Positions 14,126-25,989 of a DNA stretch of 64,000 nucleotides are shown piece after piece; positions within the stretch are counted from its first letter, which is position 1, and each line of letters begins with the position of its first letter. The translations under genes were made by a program, and so were the position numbers. This DNA comes from Harriotta raleighana (lineage: Eukaryota). Under the pieces are notes generated by a model that saw only the letters and a list, made by a program, of their open reading frames with translations, was not told the DNA's origin and made no database searches. The stretch covers positions 2,819,978-2,883,977 of the forward strand of contig JBNZDD010013656.1 of NCBI GenBank assembly GCA_050575255.1. Reading direction: 5' to 3'.

Positions 14126-14683
14126 CGTTGAAGGATTCCTCGTTGTCAATGAATGGAGGAGACGGGGGACATCAGTTTTTGTCAATAATTTTGTTCACAA
14201 GCCTGGTTCTAGTGGAGATAAATAGGTTTAGAGAATAGGAGCCCTCGGGCAGTAGTAGCTGCTGTTGGTGATTATTTTGAGTTCAGGTCCATGAAACTAG
14301 AGCTTTCTGTTTCTGAGCAAATTCAAATAAAAGTGGAACTGAATTACTTACTAATCCACTTGTGGGTTCCAGACCTCTAAATGTGGTATTTATTTTGCCA
14401 AAAGTAAAGCATACAAAACAAATCCTCCAAAGATTTGGTTTTTGACCATAGCTTGGTAAAATATTAAATGGAAATGAGTCCCTTAAATGGGATTTAATTT
14501 GAAGTATTTAGTCAAGTCTTGACATTCATATGTGCTCACTTATTTGTTCAAATACAGCCTTGTGCTTGTTTAGTTAACAGGAGACTGGCAGGGTCAATGT
14601 CATTACACTGGAAATAATCTCTTTGAAATAAGTTATCTTCTGGCACAGTTTGGAAAGCCATTATTACATTTGAGATAGTACAT

Positions 14684-15195
14684 GTGGAGTCCTGTAGCTC
14701 AGTGATTAGAGCAAGCTTACAAGCGAGAGACCTGAGTTTGATTCCAGGCAGGGGAAATCTTGAGCAAGCTTCCTTACTCCACAAGCCTGATAATAATCCA
14801 TCTAAAAATATCTATCAGAAAAATATAATATTTCAATCCCAGACTGTTTGTGGGACACTGCTGTGTGCAATTGATTGCTGCGTTTCGCCCACAAATATAC
14901 AGTCAATTCACTTTACAATATATTCTGTGAAGCGCTTTGAGACATCCAGAAGACATGAAAAGCACTATATCAAACTGCAAGGATTATTATTTATTATTAT
15001 TACTCCACACCCCTGCTAACCTAGCAGTAAGTAGGAACCCAGTTATTAGTCGATTGTATCACTTTCCGGGGGTAATAATCCCTCTTAAAAAAAAGTGGGG
15101 CACTGCTATGCGCAATTGACTGCCATGTTTCTCCCACCAAAAACACAGAAATCCAACTTTACCACATATGTTGTTAAGAAGCACTTTGAGAAGTC
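14684..15195 (+). mobile_element. Full-length tRNA-Deu SINE followed by a long-variant SINE fragment
   Basis: Head gtggagtcctgtagctcag to tail at ~15002; then tactccacac plus insert plus taataatccctc. Confidence 0.85.
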
Positions 15196-15480
15196 TCATC
15201 TCTCCCCACACCTACCTTTTCACATTTTGCCAGGATCGTGCTGCGTGGAGAACTGCAGGCACAAAATGCGTCAAAAGTTTATGGTGTGTGATAAAATGTG
15301 CTCCAACCACAGATAATACTGTAAATGGATTATGAATTTAAATTGTTTTTAGTTCACATTTGGGTAGAACAGGATGTTCAAAGTTGAATTTCTGATTTCT
15401 ATCAATGTAAAATTTAAATGCAACATTCTGATCCAGCTGTGTTGGAGGTATCTTTCTAGCATCTGGCAGAATTCGGGAAT

Positions 15481-15683
15481 TTGGGAGCCCTGTAGCTCAG
15501 TGGTTAGAGCCCTCTCCTTGCAAGCGAGAGACTGGGTTCGATTCCTTACTCCATACATCTGACAATAATCCCTCAAGAAAAAAAAAGAAAAAATTGATCA
15601 TTTCAATCCAAGACTGTTTGTGGGACACTGCTATGCACAATTGTGTGTTTTGCCCCTAATTATACAGTCAATTCACTTTACAG
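15481..15683 (+). mobile_element. tRNA-Deu SINE, partial
   Basis: tgtagctcagtggttagagc...gggttcgattcc head and Deu core. Confidence 0.85.
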
Positions 15684-16044
15684 CAGACAGCCTGGAAGTG
15701 ATGGAGTCTGGCTGTGACTGGAGAAGGCAGCCTTTGCTGATTTAAAAAAAAAATTGTACAATCCAATTAATAAACAGATGGCGCTTGATCAAAAGATGCA
15801 ATAAATTATCACTAACTGCTGCAACCACAAAAGTGACACTGTTTTTTGAGGGAGGTTCCAGCCATTCAGCCATGAGACAAGTCTATTTGACGTTTGGATA
15901 ATGTATTACTGCATTTTTAGACTGCAGCCATCATGTAGTTCCATGGCATTCTGTTGGGGGAGAAAGGAAATCATTCAATTGACTGCTGAAGAATGTTCTA
16001 CCCTGACTGTGACAGTAAATTTGATATATTGCTCAAATAAATTA

Positions 16045-16276
16045 ATAATAATAATATTTTAATTTATATAGCACTTTCCACATCTTATCGACGTCCCAAA
16101 GAGCTTTCAGAATATGACAGCGTCCCAAAGTAGGGACCAGAGCGGGGGGGGAGGGGTCGGGATAGGGAGAATAAAGGGGGAAGAAAGGGGGGAAAAGGGT
16201 AGGGGCAGAGCAGGGGTGGAGGGGTCGTGGTAGTGGGAAGGAGTAGGAAAATTGACTGTATATTTGTGGGCGAAAG
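16045..16276 (-). mobile_element. SINE variant with ~135-bp polypurine/polypyrimidine insert
   Basis: Reverse complement closely matches 22145-22380. Confidence 0.85.
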
Positions 16277-16584
16277 ATGCTTGTTGGGAAATTGTATTAT
16301 TCTGTGATACTAAATTTATAACCTTGCAATTTGTGCCTTGGTTACTATTACAGCAATAAGTTTTTGCTCGCTCAGGTGTTCAGCTGCTGTTATCCAAATT
16401 CTGTTTCTGACCTGTCCAGGCTATTAATGAATGATATTCCAGTTGAAATTTCACATGCAGACATACCCAACATGTTCATTTATATATTTATATGTCACTA
16501 CATTTTTCAACTGATTTATTTTAATTAAAATATAGCTTTAGTAACCTAAAGCCTAAGAAAATATTATAAATTTAGGTACGTACC

Positions 16585-16950
16585 ACAACAACTTGGATTT
16601 ATATAGCGCCCTTCATGCGGGGTAGCGTCCAGAGCATTTGACAGTGGTGGAGTTTGACCCTAAAGCCAGGGGAAGAGGGAGGCGGGAAGTGACACAATAA
16701 AAAAGGAAGCTCTTTAGGTGAGATTTGAAAATGGGGAGGGAGAGGCAAGGTGGAGGATTTGAGGAAGGGAGCTCCAGAGCTTTGGGGTGTAGTGGCTCAA
16801 AGCACCGCTACTGATGGTGGAACGGAGGGAACGAAAGAGGAATAGGAAGCCGGAGCTGGCCGAGTGGAGGCCGCGGTAGTGGAGTGAGGAGTAAGCAAAT
16901 CTGATAGGTATCTGATAGATAGGTATGTGAAGGCATGAACGGATTTGAAA
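16585..16950 (-). mobile_element. L2 3' fragment
   Basis: caacaacttggatttatatagcgccc tail and purine-rich antisense ORF2 end. Confidence 0.75.
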
Positions 16951-17160
16951 TGCCGGTTTGCTTACTAATTTATTACTAACTTTGGGATCATTTTTCTTGA
17001 GTGTTTATGGCATCAAATGTTCCAGCAAAAGCTCACTTAGGTTTGATCTTATCTAAAAAACATCATGGTTATTTTTGTGTTGTTGGTCTGCTTTCTGCAT
17101 GGTGCTACCTTAGATAGAGGAACTGCTTTTCAGCCTGCAAATCACAGAGTCATTACACTT

Positions 17161-17475
17161 TGTGGAGTCCTGTAGCTCAGTGGTTAGAGCACTTGCTTTA
17201 CAAGCGTGAGACCTGTGTTCAAATCCAGCCAGGTCAGGATGAAACCCTGGGCAAGTTTCCTTACTCCACACGACTAATAATAATCCCTCCAAAAAATAAT
17301 AAAATTTGTAATTTCAATCCACAACTGTTTGTGGGACAATGCTGTGTGCAATTGGCTCCATGGTTTCGCCCACAAATGTACAGGCAATTCACTTTACAGT
17401 ATATTCTGTGAAGCACTTTGAGATGTCTAGAAGATGTGAAATGCTCTGTATCAAATTCAAGGATTATTATTACTT
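17161..17475 (+). mobile_element. Full-length tRNA-Deu SINE
   Basis: tgtagctcagtggttagagc / gttcaaatcc boxes, Deu core, (tta)n tail. Confidence 0.92.
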
Positions 17476-17589
17476 TACAGTGAATCCTGTGAAGCGCTTT
17501 GAGATATTATCCTGCCTTGAAAGGTCTGGAACAAATGCGAAGATTATTACTGAATGATTGATTTTAGGTAAACAGACTACAACATCTTG

Positions 17590-18225
17590 TGTAGTGATCA
17601 GATGTAGGATGGGAGTGAGTGGAGGTCAAAGAGAGGTCTTGGGGGAGAGGGAGGGAGTTGAGGCTGGTGGAGAGGGTAAGTCAAAATCAATGTATTTTGA
17701 AGGTGGAGAAGGAGGGGGCTGGCTGAGAGACTCTGCGATGGAGTTTCTGAGCGTGGAAACACATTAGTTGTAGGCTCAAGCACCAATGATATGGGGAAAC
17801 ATGGCAGTATCATGAACAGAAGTATCAGCCAGGTCATTAGGGTCACAGGAGGATGGAGAGGTAGAGTAGGACAAGGCTTTTGGTGGCACTTGAGAGTGAA
17901 TGGAGTTGTGGGAAGGTGACAACTGGCCACAATCTGTGAATGATAGGTTTAATAAATAATGGTATTAATAATTCTTGCATTTGATGTAGTGCTTTTCACA
18001 TCTTCTAGGCATCTCAAAGTGCTTCACAGTATATACTCTAAAGTGAATTGACTGTATTTGTTGTGGCTGAAAAGTGGCAGCCAATTGCGCACGGCAGCGA
18101 CCCAAAACAGTTGTTTATTGAAATGACTCATTTTTTAAAAAATTGAGGGATTATTATTGGGCGTGCAGAGTAAGGAAATTTACCCAAGGTGAAAGGCGCT
18201 ATACAAGTGTAATGTTGTTGTTGTT
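17590..18225 (-). mobile_element. L2 fragment followed by SINE 3' part
   Basis: Purine-rich antisense L2-like stretch at 17590-17930; antisense SINE at 17965-18190. Confidence 0.65.
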
Positions 18226-18379
18226 ATTTAAAATCCTGCTGAACAATGATGATACTGTTAACATAGCACAAATGGTCAAATTGCTCACAGAATCACCTAT
18301 CTATCGCAGTTGATAACACTCTCATGTCTAAATCAAAGGATTAAAACCCCATATCATGACTTTGTACTCGAATTGTTTA

Positions 18380-18720
18380 GGCTGACACATAGTTTAGGAT
18401 TTTGCATTGTTGCCGGTGTCATCCTGATGTTGAGATAATGAACCAAATTCCTGTTTGTCTGTTCAAGTGGATGTTAAAGATCCAATGTCCCCACTCATAA
18501 AGTGAAGGGAATTTCTCCTGGGTGTCCCCACCAACAATCCCCGAAATAAAATTGGTCATTCGCTTCAAGTCTGTTTGTGGAACATTTCTGTACTTAAACC
18601 GGCTGCTGCAATCGCCTATCAATACAGTCACTGCACTTCGACTAGTGCCATGGGATCTTTAACATGAATCACTTTACGATGCTTTCCTCTTGACATAAAA
18701 GGTGCTACATGAATTCAAAA
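18380..18720 (+). mobile_element. Old SacSINE1/AmnSINE-like Deu SINE
   Basis: gtggatgttaaagatccaatg...tctcctgggtgtcc...ttggtcattc...gtttgtggaac...ggctgc. Confidence 0.6.
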
Positions 18721-20384
18721 ATGCTTATGATTATGATTTTGTTGTGGCTGACATGATGCTTTTAACGTTAATTAATTTTAATGTTTGATGAATCAGTAGC
18801 TTTTACACTTTTACAGCGATTATACTTGATTTCCAGGATCACCAGAAAGTACATGAAATATAGACCAAATGACGGAGGCTCAAAGATATATTTTAATGCA
18901 ATTGGAAGTTGGAAACATTGGTCTTCACGTTTTACTGATTAATTGTAACTCATCTTATTTAAATAGTATGCAAATAAACTTTATACTGTATAATATTATT
19001 TACAGCATTTACCCTATACATACAATAGATCATATACATGCAATAACAATTTTTTTTAAAAAGTTTTTGCATTAGGAATTCTGCACAGACGGGGTAAATT
19101 GAAAGTTATCAGGTGCTTTGGTGTCCTGCATGAGGGACAGAATTATGCTTAGGTCAGGTTTGCATTGTATCAGTTGACTGTGTTGATTGATTGTTGATTA
19201 CTATAATGATCATTTCACTTCTGTTAACTACATCGCCTGAGCAGACTGAGCTCAACTGCAGCTCTAATGAGCAGTGAAGCTCGCCAAGAGCATGTTGTTC
19301 AGCCTCAGCATGAAGGATCAAGCACTTCAGCAGATATTAATGAGACACAAGGGTCTGATCAATGATAATGCCTTGGAAGATAGTGCAGCAGGTTGCTTAG
19401 CTTCATACTAGTACTGTGAAACAGGGCATCTGGTTGACTTTTCTATTGGGTTTTGATGAATGAAAAGCTTGCGAAATCCTGTGGATCTTCTAAATTGAAT
19501 GAAATTGACTGAGGAGCAGCTGCACGCAAGGCTTCTTGACATATCCTCTATGTTTTCCTAATAAATGAACTTGGTAATGGAGCCGAGAGAAAAAAGAATT
19601 AGCGGCGGGGTTGCCTTTGTGCGAAGACGTCATTGAATTATTTCAGTGAGCTACTCAAGGTGGCAGGAAAGCATAGCATAATGTCTCCATGTTTTAAAAA
19701 CAGTGAAAGCTTAGAAACATAGAGCGAAACTGTAGCAACACTAAAGGCAAACAGAACCTCTACATAAAACCGTTCAGATATGACCCATGTGGAATTTTGT
19801 TTCTCTGTCTGCTATGAAGGAAAAATTCAGCACTTTAGTAGGTTAACCTTTCTATCTCCATAAGCATTCTTATTCATCTTTACTCTGCATCTGTAGATAC
19901 TGTGAGAAAATTCAGGATGATGAATAGAGTACTAAGGGTTAAAGTTGTTCTGAGTTTGTTTATCTTCATAGTTTAAGTTTAATACTCCATTAAAAAAATT
20001 ACCTAACTTCCTAAAGTAACCTTCTAAGTTCCTTAATTGAGTCCTCGCACACAAATACAAATTGATCATGGGTGGGGGAGGGGGCGGGGTTATGGAAGCG
20101 TTGGAAAGAGGAACATGTTTGTACCATATGTGTAGCCTGGGAAATGTAGATTTTCTAAAAATTTATTTGACTAGTGTGGAAATACTGAAACTCTGACCTG
20201 AACTGAAAATGTTGCTTAAACACCTTTGTAAATGTTAGAAAGAAAAGTTAACTTGTTTTTTGTCGCTTATTTCTTTGAGATAATTCAAAGAGCGATTCAT
20301 CTGGAGGATTATTGGCTGGGATGGCTGGAGTTATTCCTATTTCTTTTAAAATAGTGTAATATTTTCTTTAATATCAAAACAGGC

Positions 20385-21280
20385 AGTTGGAAACTCAGAT
20401 TGACATCTTAACTCTCATATACGCATTCAAAACATCCAGGCTTGACTATGCAAATTGTTTGCTTGTCGGACACCAGAACTCCCCCCTCCACAGGCTGCAG
20501 ATCATCCAGAACTCTGCAGCCTGTGCACTTTCATGCACTAGTCTCCATGAGCTTATTACTCCCTTCTGCGCCTGATTCCACTGGCTTCCCATCACAGAGG
20601 ATACAGTTCAAGATCCTGGTCCTCACCTTCAAATCCCTCCATGGGTTCATTGCCCCCACCTATGTGACCTCCAAACCTCCTACCAACCTGCCCGTTCCCT
20701 CTGCTCGGTAGGCTCCAGCCTGCTTCACATCCCCAGCCTCGCCACCCCAGCATCTTCAGCCAGTCTGCCTCCACCCTCTGGAAATGCATCCCCCAGTCCC
20801 TCCACCTCGCCCCATCCCTTGCAGAGGTATTTTTAACGTTGCAATGCATATTGCAGACCCCCATAAGTCATGCGAAAAATCAGCGAAATGGGAGGATTTG
20901 AGTGTGCTGTACTCTTGTCGTTTGTTAAATATAAGGAAAACCAGAGCTGTCCCCAGCCCGGCGGAGCAGGAGGTCCGCCTAAAGAGGCATCGGACCCGCC
21001 GAAAATTAATTTTTGCATAAAATAAAATTGCACATGCACACTTATTAAACTTACCGTCAGTGACGGCCCTTTAAGAAAAAGTCACTGAGTAGTTTGAAGT
21101 CTTAAAAATGCCTCTGATCCCTTGCCTCCTTCAATACTGTGCTTTTGATCAACCTCCTTTCCCCCATCTGCCGTCTACCCTCCCCAATCCTGATCCCCAG
21201 CTCGGGTCTGACTGTCCAGCGGCTTGAGACTACCACTTGACGTGAAAAATGCAGTATAGATGTAACTTTGCTGTTGTCAC
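20385..21280 (+). mobile_element. L2 ORF2 3' end, interrupted by a hAT MITE
   Basis: SRLDYANCLL, LQIIQNSAA and RIQFKILVLTFKSLHG motifs, plus L2 tail at 21210-21280. Confidence 0.88.
20822..21116. mobile_element. hAT-type non-autonomous DNA transposon, 295 bp
   Basis: TIRs CAGAGGTATTTTTAA / TTAAAAATGCCTCTG (14/15). Perfect 8-bp TSD ATCCCTTG at 20814-20821 and 21117-21124. Confidence 0.9.
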
Positions 21281-21519
21281 TGAAAGGCAGCAATTCCGAC
21301 ATTGCAGCTCTCTCCCGGACTGCACCAGTGTGGTGGCCTCGACCAGGGTGGACCAATTGGCAGCCCGCAGGCTGCAACTAGCCCAGGGGATGATATTGTC
21401 CAGTCCACAAACACAGTTATACTGTGTCCAGAGCCCAGGTTCATTTTAACCTGGCAGGAAATACAGCAGTGAAAGGTCCAGTTGGCAATAGAACTTGTCA
21501 ATCACTTTCAAACTCATAG

Positions 21520-21945
21520 CAGGAGAGAGATACACAAGAGAGTTACAGAGAAACGCACAGTGAGAGACAGGGGGGGGGGAGAGAGAGAGAGACACNNNNN
21601 NNNNNNNNNNNNNNNNNNNNNNNNNNNNNNNNNNNNNNNNNNNNNNNNNNNNNNNNNNNNNNNNNNNNNNNNNNNNNNNNNNNNNNNNNNNNNNNNNNNN
21701 NNNNNNNNNNNNNNNNNNNNNNNNAGACACAGACAAAAAAAGAAATTTAGACACCCACACACACAGATAGAGACACACACAGACAGAGAAAAGGAGAGAC
21801 ACAGAGTCACACACACAGTCAAAGATAGAGAGAGGGGGAGAGAGGCACACATTCACACAGATAGCAGAGAGAGAAACTCAGAGGGAAATACCTATAGACA
21901 AAGAAAGAGAGAGACACATACAGATAGACAGAAAGAGCGATATAC

Positions 21946-21984
<39 letters not shown>

Positions 21985-21998
21985 AGTACATATATATA
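21520..21998. repeat. GA/CA low-complexity tract, assembly gap and (TA)n microsatellite
   Basis: Directly visible; N gap 21596-21724. Confidence 0.9.
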
Positions 21999-22097
21999 TT
22001 TTGCCCCCAAATATACACCTGATTTTCCTGCTCTTTTCCTCCTACTCCGACCCCATCCCTTACCCTCTTTCCCCCTTTCATCCCTGGCCATCTCACT

Positions 22098-22380
22098 TCC
22101 ACGACTGTTTGTGGGACACTGCTGTGCGCAATTTGGCTGCCGCGTTTCGCCCACAAATATACAGTCAATTTTCCTACTCCTTCCCACTACCACGACCCCT
22201 CCCCTCCTGCTCTGGCACCTTACCCTTTTCCCCCCCTTTCTTCCCCCTTTTTTCTCCCTACCCCGATCCCTCCTCTCCCCCTGCTCTGGTCCCTCCCTTG
22301 GGAAGTTGTCATATTCTGTAAAGCGCTTTGGGACGTCGATAAGATGTGGGAAGAGCTATATAAATCTAAGTATTATTATA
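22098..22380 (+). mobile_element. SINE variant with pyrimidine-rich insert
   Basis: Deu core, insert 22171-22310, then tail aagcgctttgggacgtcgataag. Confidence 0.85.
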
Positions 22381-23157
22381 TGGAGATAGAGATACAGACA
22401 TAATCAGACAGAAAGAGAGAGACACACAGATACATCCATCCCTCAGCAGCCGAAGGTTGGCTGACCCTGGTCTGAAGTATGGCTTGAGCCTATGGCCTTC
22501 CGAAGTTGAAGAAATCCATTGTCCTGCCCCAATTAGCCCCTCTCTTTTTGTTCGCTCTGAATTTTCATCACTAACATCTTTCGTATTAGTCTTTTCGTTT
22601 TTAGCTTTGACCCTTAGAGAGTGTGGTATGTATTCTTTTGGATTAAACGTTATTTTCTGGACTGGATGTGCTTAAGAATGGCTAGATACACAGCCCAACC
22701 CAGCAAATGTTAAGGCTTGAGATTGTGGTCTTTGGAGGAGTGGGCTGTGGGCCGATGCACTTCAGGATACCGTTATACACAACAGCTCTTAAGTCTCAAT
22801 ATCCAGAGAGACAATATGAATAGTTTTGAAATGTTTGAGGCTTCATTTTGCTCTGATAATAAAACAGTTCCTGCTGTGGCGATGCTGCAAGGGGGAAAAC
22901 ATATTTGGCCCGAGATTTTTGAAACACAAAGACTGAAATAGAGCTTAAAGCAGGAGACATGACAATTAATGCATCACTAAACAGAAATCTTGTAACAAAG
23001 CATGATTACATCTTTTGTAACACTAGCATGTCTTGTATTGTAAATTCTGACATCTGTGGGGTTTGGACACTGGAGAGGGAATGTGTATAACATCTTCAGT
23101 ATGGTAAACTCGAAGAGCAATAAGGTTTTAATTATTGTTCTTTGTTTTTGTTTCCAG

Positions 23158-23466
23158 CGCCTGAAAGCAGCATTGAGTCAGCACCCTACGGCTTTATCGA
23201 ATGGAAATATGAACATGATGGGCCAAGTGATGATGTCACCCAGGGAGGAGCAAGCACCACACCATCACATGCACTCACATCCACACCAGGCACCTCCTCA
23301 TCACCCGTACAGCCACCCACACCAACACCAGCATCAACACCCACACCATCACCACCCTCAGCACCACCATCACCAGCATAGCCACCCCCACCCACACCTG
23401 CATCCACACCTACCACAGCACCACACACCTCCGCATCAGCAATTGCCCACGGGAGCACAAACCCAG
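23158..23466 (+). CDS. CREB5: CREB5 His-rich internal exon (103 codons, phase 0/0), copy 1
   Basis: Acceptor tttgtttttgtttccAG, then RLKAALSQHPTALSNGNMNMMGQVMMSPREEQAPHHHMHSHPHQ...TGAQTQ, donor CAG|GTACGG. Matches the CREB5 region I recall as RLKAALTHHPAAMSNGNM...HHHMHSHPHQ. Confidence 0.95.
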
Positions 23467-23484
23467 GTACGGCACTCAAGACTA

Positions 23485-24045
23485 CATTGCAATTGGCTGG
23501 CCGCATTTTGCCCGCAAGTATACAGTATATTCTGTGAAGCTCTTTGAGACTCACATTTTATCAACGTCTCAAAGCGCTATATCAAATGCAAGATTTATTA
23601 TTATTATTAAAGGCTGTGTGACGGGGAATAATTATAACAATCCTTGCATTTGATATAGTGTCTCATCATGTCATTGAGACATCCTCTTAGAGCGCTTCAT
23701 ATGATATCCTGTGGAGTAACTGTACTCTGTATTCTAACTGTATTTTGTGGGTGAACATGGCCGCCAATTCACACATAGCTATATCCCACAAACAGCCATG
23801 GAATGAGTGACCAATTTTATTTGGGGAATTGTTGGCCAGGATAAACCCAAGGATAAATTCCCTTCTCTTTTTGTGTAGGGCTATGGGATCTTCAACTTAC
23901 ACATAGATGGGCAGAAGCGACTTTGATTTAATGCCTCAACCAAGACAGCACCTCCAACAATTCAGTACACCTCTAGCACTGTTTTAGAGTGTCAGCATGG
24001 AATATACAGGTTACAGATCCTGACAGGGGGCTTAAATGCACAAAA
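23485..24045. mobile_element. SINE 3' fragment (+, 23485-23610) tail-to-tail with an older Deu SINE (-, 23636-24045)
   Basis: gcaattggctggccgc...aatgcaag(att)n; then antisense tail, Deu core and gacagcacctccaacaa...gagtgtcagc body. Confidence 0.75.
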
Positions 24046-25012
24046 ATTGAGTGACCAGACAAACTTGAAAGCAATGGTCGGCATTTGTGGTCGGCCAACA
24101 AAACAAATTCTGTTGATTGTCTATTTCTTGATTTGTAGGCAGATCAGAGCGAAACCTTGGGCAAGTTTCCTTACTCCACTTGTTTAATAATAATCCGTCC
24201 AAAAAAGNAGCTATATAAATCTAAGTATTATTATATGGAGATAGAGATACAGACATAATCAGACAGAAAGAGAGAGACACACAGATACATCCATCCCTCA
24301 GCAGCCGAAGGTTGGCTGACCCTGGTCTGAAGTATGGCTTGAGCCTATGGCCTTCCGAAGTTGAAGAAATCCATTGTCCTGCCCCAATTAGCCCCTCTCT
24401 TTTTGTTCGCTCTGAATTTTCATCACTAACATCTTTCGTATTAGTCTTTTCGTTTTTAGCTTTGACCCTTAGAGAGTGTGGTATGTATTCTTTTGGATTA
24501 AATGTTATTTTCTGGACTGGATGTGCTTAAGAATGGCTAGATACACAGCCCAACCCAGCAAATGTTAAGGCTTGAGATTGTGGTCTTTGGAGGAGTGGGC
24601 TGTGGGCCGATGCACTTCAGGATACCGTTATACACAACAGCTCTTAAGTCTCAATATCCAGAGAGACAATATGAATAGTTTTGAAATGTTTGAGGCTTCA
24701 TTTTGCTCTGATAATAAAACAGTTCCTGCTGTGGCGATGCTGCAAGGGGGAAAACATATTTGGCCCGAGATTTTTGAAACACAAAGACTGAAATAGAGCT
24801 TAAAGCAGGAGACATGACAATTAATGCATCACTAAACAGAAATCTTGTAACAAAGCATGATTACATCTTTTGTAACACTAGCATGTCTTGTATTGTAAAT
24901 TCTGACATCTGTGGGGTTTGGACACTGGAGAGGGAATGTGTATAACATCTTCAGTATGGTAAACTCGAAGAGCAATAAGGTTTTAATTATTGTTCTTTGT
25001 TTTTGTTTCCAG

Positions 25013-25321
25013 CGCCTGAAAGCAGCATTGAGTCAGCACCCTACGGCTTTATCGAATGGAAATATGAACATGATGGGCCAAGTGATGATGTCACCCAGGG
25101 AGGAGCAAGCACCACACCATCACATGCACTCACATCCACACCAGGCACCTCCTCATCACCCGTACAGCCACCCACACCAACACCAGCATCAACACCCACA
25201 CCATCACCACCCTCAGCACCACCATCACCAGCATAGCCACCCCCACCCACACCTGCATCCACACCTACCACAGCACCACACACCTCCGCATCAGCAATTG
25301 CCCACGGGAGCACAAACCCAG
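25013..25321 (+). CDS. CREB5: Second identical copy of the CREB5 His-rich exon, probably an assembly duplicate
   Basis: Same sequence at +1855, inside block 24209-26062, which repeats 22354-24207 across a single N at 24208. Confidence 0.5.
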
Positions 25322-25989
25322 GTACGGCACTCAAGACTACATTGCAATTGGCTGGCCGCATTTTGCCCGCAAGTATACAGTATATTCTGTGAAGCTCTTT
25401 GAGACTCACATTTTATCAACGTCTCAAAGCGCTATATCAAATGCAAGATTTATTATTATTATTAAAGGCTGTGTGACGGGGAATAATTATAACAATCCTT
25501 GCATTTGATATAGTGTCTCATCATGTCATTGAGACATCCTCTTAGAGCGCTTCATATGATATCCTGTGGAGTAACTGTACTCTGTATTCTAACTGTATTT
25601 TGTGGGTGAACATGGCCGCCAATTCACACATAGCTATATCCCACAAACAGCCATGGAATGAGTGACCAATTTTATTTGGGGAATTGTTGGCCAGGATAAA
25701 CCCAAGGATAAATTCCCTTCTCTTTTTGTGTAGGGCTATGGGATCTTCAACTTACACATAGATGGGCAGAAGCGACTTTGATTTAATGCCTCAACCAAGA
25801 CAGCACCTCCAACAATTCAGTACACCTCTAGCACTGTTTTAGAGTGTCAGCATGGAATATACAGGTTACAGATCCTGACAGGGGGCTTAAATGCACAAAA
25901 ATTGAGTGACCAGACAAACTTGAAAGCAATGGTCGGCATTTGTGGTCGGCCAACAAAACAAATTCTGTTGATTGTCTATTTCTTGATTT

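Noticed and set aside
23056-23554. Overlapping 163/79/122-aa ORFs around the His exon
   Set aside because: They are intron read-through plus shifted or antisense frames of a low-complexity exon.
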